Assembly: GCA_026387835.1 (NCBI GenBank) | Contig: JAPLKZ010000013.1 | Coordinates: forward strand, 90,001 to 122,000 | Reading direction: 5' to 3' | DNA: 32,000 bases | Source: Candidatus Saganbacteria bacterium | Lineage (GTDB): Bacteria; Margulisbacteria; WOR-1; JAKLHX01 | Part shown: positions 27,950 to 32,000 of the stretch, one piece after another | Numbering within the stretch: position 1 is the stretch's first letter | How the letters are laid out: every line of letters begins with the position of its first letter | Translations under genes and position numbers: made by a program | The notes under the pieces: model-generated | What the model was told of the DNA's origin: nothing | The model's input: only the letters and a program-made list of their open reading frames with translations | The model's database searches: none

Positions 27950-28612
27950 ATGAATAATATTAGAGGGATCATGCGTGGATGGACAAACGAAGGAAGACCG
28001 GCAACATGGGCGAATGTAAGAAATGCAATAGCGAATCAGACCGCGTGTTCTGTGGTTGTATCATCAGGATTGGGGCCGATCTTATCGCTTACAAGGCGGA
28101 GGGTGGAAGAAGGCCCCGTACAAAAACTTGCGCGGACTGCAACCCCTGCTTTTGATGTGGCAAAGTTCATGGAAGCCCACAATTTTATCGATGTTCCCGA
28201 AAGACCTTTTAGAATAATGGCAGACGAGCTTTCGGTAGGGCTATTCAACCGATTTGTTAAAAGCACACAATACGAAATTATAGGCCATAATGCGGATTCT
28301 TTAAAAGGAGTTCTTGCCGGAACAGATCGACGCAGTATAGCAACATATTTAAGCTGGAATGACGGCACGGCTTATGCTAAATGGCTGAGCGCAGTAACTG
28401 GCAAAAGCATTATGCTTCCAACAGAGAAGAAATGGTTAGACGCCGTTGACAAAGTCCGAGATCAACTATCTGGGAACAATTGGGAATGGACGAAAACCCC
28501 ATATTCCAGCAACGCCTTTGTTCTCCATCACCTGAACAATTCGCTCCGTTTCAACTGCATCCCTGGGAATCGTTTTAACTTCAATGCGGTCCGTCTTGTT
28601 GAGGACAAATAA
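27950..28612 (+). CDS. DGR-type target protein (FGE-sulfatase/C-type-lectin-like fold)
   Basis: RPFRIMADELSVGLFNRFVK and YLSWNDGTAYAKWLSAVTGKSIMLPTEKKW match the FGE/CLec family. The C-terminus SGNNWEWTKTPYSSNAFVLHHLNNSLRFNCIPGNRFNFNAVRLVEDK looks like a variable region. AAAGGAG ribosome-binding site before the ATG at 27950. Confidence 0.8.
   Translation: MNNIRGIMRGWTNEGRPATWANVRNAIANQTACSVVVSSGLGPILSLTRRRVEEGPVQKLARTATPAFDVAKFMEAHNFIDVPERPFRIMADELSVGLFNRFVKSTQYEIIGHNADSLKGVLAGTDRRSIATYLSWNDGTAYAKWLSAVTGKSIMLPTEKKWLDAVDKVRDQLSGNNWEWTKTPYSSNAFVLHHLNNSLRFNCIPGNRFNFNAVRLVEDK
28472..28609 (+). other. Putative DGR variable region (VR), approximate edges
   Basis: In the 23 codons from TTT (F) to AAT (N) before GCG GTC CGT CTT, 20 end in a pyrimidine (TTT GTT CTC CAT CAC . 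AAC AAT . CTC CGT TTC AAC TGC ATC CCT . AAT CGT TTT AAC TTC AAT). This is expected from adenine mutagenesis of AAY codons. Confidence 0.6.
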
Positions 28613-28682
28613 ATTATCCTTTGCTCTTTTATTCTTTTACTCTTTGAGTGGGATGGGGTGGCCAGGAGTTTGAGGGAAATAA

Positions 28683-29021
28683 ATGGAAGGTCCAAAAGTT
28701 ATAACCTTGGCCTATGATTTCATAAAATGGGCCATTCCTCATATTGTGAAGTTTCCAAGAAATCAAAGATACACGCTTGGGGAACGGGTTGAAAACAAAC
28801 TATTCTTCCTTCTGGAACTTCTCATTGAAGCTCAGTATTCTAAAGACAAAGCTAATGTGCTTAAGAAAGCGAACATGGAAATTGAGCAGACACGATATTT
28901 ATTCCGTTTATGCCATGACTTGCGGCTGATCAATTTAAAAACCTACGAATTGTCTTCAAGGCAGTTGATGGGAATTGGGGCGCAGGTCGGGGGATGGATC
29001 AAGCAGCAAAATACCAAATGA
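28683..29021 (+). CDS. Avd-like DGR accessory protein (four-helix bundle)
   Basis: 112-aa helical protein (FIKWAIPHIVKFPRNQRYTLGERVENKLFFLLELLIEAQYSKDKANVLKKANMEIEQTRYLFRLCHDLRLI) between target and RT. The stop TGA overlaps the RT ATG (ATGA). Confidence 0.8.
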   Translation: MEGPKVITLAYDFIKWAIPHIVKFPRNQRYTLGERVENKLFFLLELLIEAQYSKDKANVLKKANMEIEQTRYLFRLCHDLRLINLKTYELSSRQLMGIGAQVGGWIKQQNTK

Positions 29022-29650
29022 AGCGCCACGGTTATTTATTCGATAAGATCACTTCTTTTGAAAATCTCTTAAAAGCCTCACGAAAAGCTCAGAGGGGTAA
29101 ACGCTTCAAGAATTCCACGGCCGAATTTAACTTAAAAATAGAGTCCGAACTGCTGGAACTGCAAAGAGAACTGCAAGAGGCAACTTATCGAATAGGCAGC
29201 TATAAACAATTCTACATTTATGACCCAAAGAAACGGTTAATCAACGCCTTGTCTTACAGAGACAGGGTTGCTCAGCATGCTTTATGCAATGTTATCGAGC
29301 CGATATTCGATAACGGATTAATTTATGATAGTTACGCCTGCAGGAAAGATAAAGGCAGCCATAGGGCTGTCAGCCGGTTTGCGATGTATTGCCGCAAGAA
29401 TAAATATGCCTTGAAGTGCGACATTAAAAGCTATTTTGCCTCAATAGATCACGGCCTCTTGTTTGACATGATCATGAAAAAAATTAAAGACCCGGATGTA
29501 ATACAGCTGATTAACTTGATCCTTGATTCAACCCCTTCTCCCGGAATTCCAATCGGGAATTTGGCCAGCCAAATATTCGCCAATCTTTATCTTAACGGAC
29601 TTGACCATTATTTAAAGCAACCTTCGAGATTGAAATCGACCCCCGCTTAG
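29018..29650 (+). pseudogene. DGR-type reverse transcriptase, truncated before the YxDD motif
   Basis: MKRHGYLFDKITSFENLLKASRKAQRGKR, YDPKKRLINALSYRDRVAQHAL, YACRKDKGSHRAVSRF, ALKCDIKSYFASIDH and IPIGNLASQIFANLYLNGLDHYLK (GxxxSQ motif). The protein then ends in PSRLKSTPA* with no YMDD or thumb. Confidence 0.85.
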
Positions 29651-29681
29651 CAGTCCGCAGCAAGCAGTCTGCAAGCTGCGG
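29649..29681. repeat. Repeat element B (AGCAGTCCGCAGCAAGCAGTCTGCAAGCTGCGG)
   Basis: Contains GCAGCAAGCAGTC at 29657-29669 and inverted arms CCGCAGC (29655-29661)/GCTGCGG (29675-29681). It begins inside the RT stop codon. Confidence 0.75.
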
Positions 29682-29691
29682 TCCAACTCCC

Positions 29692-30291
29692 TCAAACAAA
29701 CCCAAACTTCCCCTTCGGTTTGCTTTCGTCTTTCAATATCTTGTTGATCGCGCTGAAGAGACTGATGATGTCCTGGTCGTGCCGCCCGATCTTGTGCTCT
29801 ATCTCTGACAGCTTCTGGATCAACTCTTTGTTGAATGTAAGCAACTGCCTAATTTTTACGAATGCTCTCATTATGGCTATATTGACCTGGATGGCCCGTT
29901 TGCTTGTAAGTACAGAGGAAAGCATGGCTATTCCTTGTCCTGTAAATGCGTATGGAAGGTATTTGATATGTCGTCCGCGCATGGAATTTGGGTCATGCTT
30001 GTGGTCGAATTTCTTTAAGGTTGCAAAATGCAACCTTAAACAATCCAATTCTTCCCATGTGAGTTGGAACATAAAATCTTTGGGAAATCTTGAAATATTT
30101 CTATTTACTTGCTGTTTTAATCTTTTGATGCTTTCCTCATATAATGGAGCCAGGTCGGCATCCAACATGACTTTCTGGCCTCTTAAAAGGAAGATACTGG
30201 ACTCTATTGATTCGGCGGAAATAATCATACTGTTGGATTTTTCAACATCTTGGTCTACGGATGCCTTTTTGTTACGCACACTTTTTGGCAT
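29692..30291 (-). CDS. ORF6N-domain (phage antirepressor-like) protein
   Basis: ESSIFLLRGQKVMLDADLAPLYEESIKRLKQQVNRNISRFPKDFMFQLTWEE and LPYAFTGQGIAMLSSVLTSKRAIQVNIAIMRAFVKIRQLL are classic ORF6N signatures. Confidence 0.92.
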   Translation of the reverse strand: MPKSVRNKKASVDQDVEKSNSMIISAESIESSIFLLRGQKVMLDADLAPLYEESIKRLKQQVNRNISRFPKDFMFQLTWEELDCLRLHFATLKKFDHKHDPNSMRGRHIKYLPYAFTGQGIAMLSSVLTSKRAIQVNIAIMRAFVKIRQLLTFNKELIQKLSEIEHKIGRHDQDIISLFSAINKILKDESKPKGKFGFV

Positions 30292-30396
30292 AAATATCCT
30301 CTCTTTCCCGGATCAAGGCTTAAAGCCAGCAGCTTACAAATGGTCAATGAGCAATTTATCCGCCACGACAAAGGCTCTATCGCTAGGGTTCTATTA

Positions 30397-30421
30397 GCAG
30401 CAAGCAGTCCGCAGACTGCGG
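30397..30421. repeat. Repeat element C (GCAGCAAGCAGTCCGCAGACTGCGG)
   Basis: 13-mer at 30397-30409. Hairpin GCAGTC-CGCA-GACTGC, with alternative CCGCAG/CTGCGG. Confidence 0.75.
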
Positions 30422-30470
30422 AACTTGTTTCATCATAATTATTTTTTTCACCGTGATATAATTAGTTGAA

Positions 30471-32000
30471 ATGCCGAAAAGAAACGACATAAAAAAAATA
30501 ATGCTCATCGGTTCCGGGCCGATCGTCATCGGCCAGGCGTGCGAGTTCGATTATTCGGGAACGCAGGCGTGCAAGGCCTTAAAAGAAGAAGGATACAAGA
30601 TCATCCTTGTGAACAGCAACCCGGCGACAATAATGACGGACCCGGAGTTCGCTGACAGGACCTATATCGAACCGATAACACCGGAGATAGTTGAAAAAAT
30701 AATAGCGATAGAAAGACCGGATGCTCTGCTTCCGACGATCGGGGGACAGACGGCCTTGAACACGACCGTGGCTTTAGGTGATTCAGGCGTCTTTAAAAAG
30801 TACGGAGTCGAACTTATAGGCGCCAGCCTCGACTCTATAAAAAAAGCGGAGGACAGGCATCTTTTCAAGGAGGCCATGAAAAACATCGGCCTTAACATGC
30901 CGAAAAGCTATTCTGTCTACAGTTCCGAAGAAGCGGTCAAGATTATCGGTGACATAGGGTTCCCGGCGATAATCAGGCCGGCTTTCACCCTGGGAGGCAC
31001 GGGCGGGGGGATCGCGTACAATATCGAAGAATTGAAAGAAAAAGTAGCTCAGGGTGTATTTCTGAGCAGGATCGGACAGGTCCTGATCGAGGAATCGGTC
31101 ATAGGATGGAAGGAATACGAGCTTGAGGTGATGCGCGACCTGAAGGATAATGTAGTCATAATCTGCTCGATAGAGAACTTCGATCCTATGGGCATCCACA
31201 CGGGAGACAGCATCACGGTCGCGCCCGCCCAGACGCTGACCGACAAGGAGTACCAAAGATTAAGGAATTATTCCATAGCCGTGATGAGGGAGATCGGAGT
31301 TGATACCGGCGGTTCTAACATCCAGTTCGCCGTAAATCCGGAGAACGGCAGGGTAGTAATAATAGAGATGAACCCGCGCGTCTCCAGAAGTTCGGCGCTC
31401 GCTTCAAAAGCGACAGGATTCCCGATAGCAAAGATCGCCGCCAAGCTTGCCGTGGGGTACACTTTGGACGAGATCCCTAACGACATCACAAAAAAGACCC
31501 CAGCCTCGTTCGAACCGACGATAGATTATGTAGTCACCAAGATCCCGCGGTTCGCTTTCGAGAAATTTCCCGGAGCCGACCAGACGCTCAATATACAGAT
31601 GAAATCAGTCGGAGAGGCAATGGCGATCGGAAGGACTTTTAAGGAATCGCTCCAGAAAGCTCTCAGATCGATCGAGACAGGCGCCTGCGGGCTTGATGAT
31701 ATCAAAGATGAAAAAGAAAAAAGCGTAAGCGGACACAGCGAAGATGAACAGTCGCTGCAATTATCGATCTATGACAGGCCTAAGACAGAGACCGGAGATA
31801 TACCGCTTGAAAAAATAAAAGAAAAGATCAGTATCCCCAATCCGGAAAGGCTGTTCTATATCAAAAAAGCATTTCAATCCGGCATTTCACTGGAAGACGT
31901 CTGCAAATTATCAAAGATCGACAAATGGTTCCTGGACAATATTTTGCAGATCGTCTCGATGGAGGAAAAGATCAAGAACGGGAAGTCCTCTGTAAAGATG
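30471..32000 (+). CDS. carB: Carbamoyl phosphate synthase large subunit, 3'-truncated by window edge
   Basis: [70 protein letters not shown] and [31 protein letters not shown]. The frame stays open to base 32000. Confidence 0.96.
   Translation, partial: MPKRNDIKKIMLIGSGPIVIGQACEFDYSGTQACKALKEEGYKIILVNSNPATIMTDPEFADRTYIEPITPEIVEKIIAIERPDALLPTIGGQTALNTTVALGDSGVFKKYGVELIGASLDSIKKAEDRHLFKEAMKNIGLNMPKSYSVYSSEEAVKIIGDIGFPAIIRPAFTLGGTGGGIAYNIEELKEKVAQGVFLSRIGQVLIEESVIGWKEYELEVMRDLKDNVVIICSIENFDPMGIHTGDSITVAPAQTLTDKEYQRLRNYSIAVMREIGVDTGGSNIQFAVNPENGRVVIIEMNPRVSRSSALASKATGFPIAKIAAKLAVGYTLDEIPNDITKKTPASFEPTIDYVVTKIPRFAFEKFPGADQTLNIQMKSVGEAMAIGRTFKESLQKALRSIETGACGLDDIKDEKEKSVSGHSEDEQSLQLSIYDRPKTETGDIPLEKIKEKISIPNPERLFYIKKAFQSGISLEDVCKLSKIDKWFLDNILQIVSMEEKIKNGKSSVKM

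Noticed and set aside
29018-29650. Group II intron or retron origin of the RT fragment
   Set aside because: No intron RNA domains V/VI, no maturase/HNH part and no msr/msd-like segment were seen. The Avd-like and FGE-like neighbours and the GxxxSQ motif favour a DGR.
29720-30397. 225-aa plus-strand ORF opposite the ORF6N gene
   Set aside because: The minus-strand product has clear ORF6N motifs. The plus-strand protein has none.
1-32000. CRISPR array, rRNA operon or complete prophage
   Set aside because: No regularly spaced direct repeats with unique spacers, no rRNA-like sequence, and only a single phage-type (ORF6N) gene were found.

Overview
This 32 kb window is a chromosomal segment from an uncultured-type bacterium. 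I cannot place it taxonomically from sequence alone. It carries many housekeeping genes: partial dxr, thrS, leuS, trpB, a tRNA cluster, holA, a ftsI-type PBP, trpS, scpA/scpB, a RodZ-like HTH gene, queE and partial carB. Short accessory segments interrupt this backbone. The most notable is at 27.76-30.42 kb: a diversity-generating retroelement (DGR)-like cassette made of an FGE/C-type-lectin-like target with NNY-rich 3' codons, an Avd-like four-helix protein, and a reverse transcriptase cut off before its YxDD catalytic motif. A convergent ORF6N gene follows it. Three copies of the 13-mer GCAGCAAGCAGTC lie at the edges and junction of these segments. Other unusual structure includes: (i) a diverged copy of the leuS 3' end (about 120 bp) upstream of a GH16 gene, so that GH16 lies between the real and the remnant leuS tails; (ii) in-frame repeat or palindromic inserts inside dxr and leuS; (iii) a dispersed hairpin element (CTTGCxCCGAGC...GTCGAGGxG), two of whose three copies lie directly 5' of tRNA genes; (iv) a GxxExxY gene bounded by near-perfect 18-bp inverted repeats; (v) an orphan YcaO gene. 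I found no CRISPR array, no complete RNA-templating DGR and no clear new defence system. The DGR-like locus looks degenerate or dependent on parts supplied elsewhere.
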